Shown here piece by piece: positions 62,652 to 64,000 of a stretch of 64,000 bases of DNA. The notes beneath the pieces are model-generated. The model was given only the letters and a program-made list of their open reading frames with translations. It did no database searches and was not told the DNA's origin. Position 1 is the stretch's first letter; each line of letters starts with the position of its first letter. The position numbers and the translations under genes are program-made. The DNA is from an uncultured Spirochaetota bacterium (lineage in GTDB: Bacteria; Spirochaetota; Spirochaetia; JAFGXN01): assembly GCA_944390005.1 (NCBI GenBank), contig CALXOJ010000006.1, positions 4,152 through 68,151 on the forward strand, given 5' to 3'.

Positions 62652-64000
62652 GGAGTTATTATGTCTTTTAATTTTCAAACGACAAGACTACTGTCGCTCG
62701 ATTTTTTCAGAGGCGTGGCCATTCTGGGCGTGGTCACTGTGCATCTTGTCATTATCGGAATTTTTTTTACAGTCGACAATGCGTTGAACGTTTTACCGAC
62801 CGGTGTGCTTGCTGTTTTTACTCCGTTGATTATTTTTGCGCCTATGGCAGGGCTTTTTGCATTCATCAGCGCTTTGGCGAACGGTTTGACAGTACAAAAA
62901 AGATTGGCAAAAGGGTATTCGATTCGTTCATCGATTCAGCCGATTTTTGTTACGGCAATGGCGCTTCTGGTCATTCATTTTATTTACATCGCGTTTTTTA
63001 AGGAACAAATGCCGACTATTTTTGATCCCGGTAAGAATCCGGGCGGACTTTTCCCTGTTTTGCTCATTACCGGTCAATGGAACGGCTTTACGCTGGATCA
63101 TTTTTTAATGATTGACGCGTTCGCCATGATTATGGAAGCGGCATTTTTCATCTTAATTTTATCGTATTTTCTTTTTAAACCGAACGGAAAAAAATCAATA
63201 AAATGGAAATTGAATTTTCTTCTGATTTTCGGAATTGTATGGACCTGCTTGTCACCTTTTCTTTGGGGACTTTCCCTTTACGCAATGGAGTTTTTTTATT
63301 TTCAGGAAAACATTTATTTCCGTTTGCCGAGTGTCGTGCTTTCGTTTTTTGCCGGGAAAATGCATCCGATCACGACAATTGCGCCGTTTGCGATTTTTGG
63401 GTTGTGGTTCGCTGTTTTTTTGTTCCAATCTCCGGATTATGCCCTGTTGAAACGCACTTCCAATCGCATCGCCGGCGCTATGGCGGTTCTGGCGGCGCTT
63501 TCAATTGGGTTCAAAGCGTTTCTTTGTTTTGCGAAAAATACGGCGCTGTACCGCCTGCTGGATGCGGCGGGAATCGTGGACATGATTGCGCTGAATACTC
63601 CCGCAAAACTACCGCAGATTGATCCTCGCCCCTCTGTTATTGCCGGTGATTTGGTGAATTCGATTTTGAATTTTATCGTTGTGCCGCCCGAATGGATTTT
63701 TATCGCGATGGTGATTGTCTTTCTTGTTTTTCCCCGGTTTATTAAAATTTTCGATTATCGCACTGGAGCGGAAAAGGAATCTTTGGCGCGGAAAATTGCG
63801 CCGATTCGCCGTTTCGGAACGTTGTCGCTGACGATTTTCTTTTTTGAATGTTTAGTGCAGACCTGTTTTTCACAGTTTTTTCGTTCTTTTCTGATTCCGC
63901 GAATGGCGCAGTCCGATTTTTTTCGCTTTCTGTTTGAAGCGCCGTTTTACATTGCGCCGAAAGAAAGGATTGCCGTTTTTGATGATTTTATGGCGATGTG
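62652..64000 (+). CDS. Polytopic membrane protein, acyltransferase-3/DUF1624 (HGSNAT-like) family candidate, 3'-partial
   Basis: This ORF is open to the window end and absent from the ORF track, presumably because it has no stop. It has a GGGAG RBS, the N-terminal motif RLLSLDFFRGVAILGVVTVHL, and ten or more predicted TM helices. Confidence 0.45.

Noticed and set aside
63203-63622. Two listed ORFs (139 aa and 71 aa) on the plus strand
   Set aside because: They lie inside, and out of frame with, the long open membrane-protein ORF starting at 62652, which has a good RBS and a consistent TM-helix pattern.

Overview
This is a 64-kb chromosomal segment of about 48% GC with mixed housekeeping and accessory content. 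The gene order suggests a spirochaete-like organism: rpsB-tsf-frr-uppS-cdsA-dxr without pyrH or rseP, a short CTD-less ParC downstream of ParE, an EF-G paralog outside the str operon, and a full Bat/MoxR aerotolerance operon. That taxonomic call is inference only.

Contents in order:
- a 5'-truncated AddA/RecB-type helicase-nuclease;
- a phosphate/phospholipid-scavenging cluster (EEP phosphoesterase, CreD, PI-PLC-like lipoprotein, alkaline phosphatase);
- a tRNA-Gly flanked by about 1.1 kb of degenerate, internally duplicated sequence;
- murI;
- a sulfated-glycan module (two tandem Ser-type sulfatase paralogs, a 1040-aa GH16 lipoprotein, an anSME radical-SAM maturase 5 kb further on, and later a GH2 beta-galactosidase and a DUF1624/acyltransferase-3-like membrane protein);
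- tRNA-Val, gpmI, a PtsN-like EIIA, lysA;
- an EAL/PAS/degenerate-GGDEF protein, a stand-alone hisI, and a GGDEF cyclase;
- the ribosomal/isoprenoid operon;
- an amidohydrolase followed by a striking rearrangement scar (C13 tract, 45-aa GtrA-like N-terminal remnant facing a 60-aa glutamate-dehydrogenase N-terminal remnant) next to a WYL-domain regulator;
- parE-parC translationally coupled to a 632-aa unknown protein;
- argJ;
- moxR-DUF58-X-batA-batB-batC-batD(E);
- infA, a DksA/TraR-like gene, an OmpA-family gene, era, lacZ and tRNA-Leu.

No CRISPR array, integrase or transposase was seen.

Coordinates for features not in the ORF track (tRNAs, promoters, terminators, homopolymer tracts) were counted by hand and may be off by 1-2 nt.
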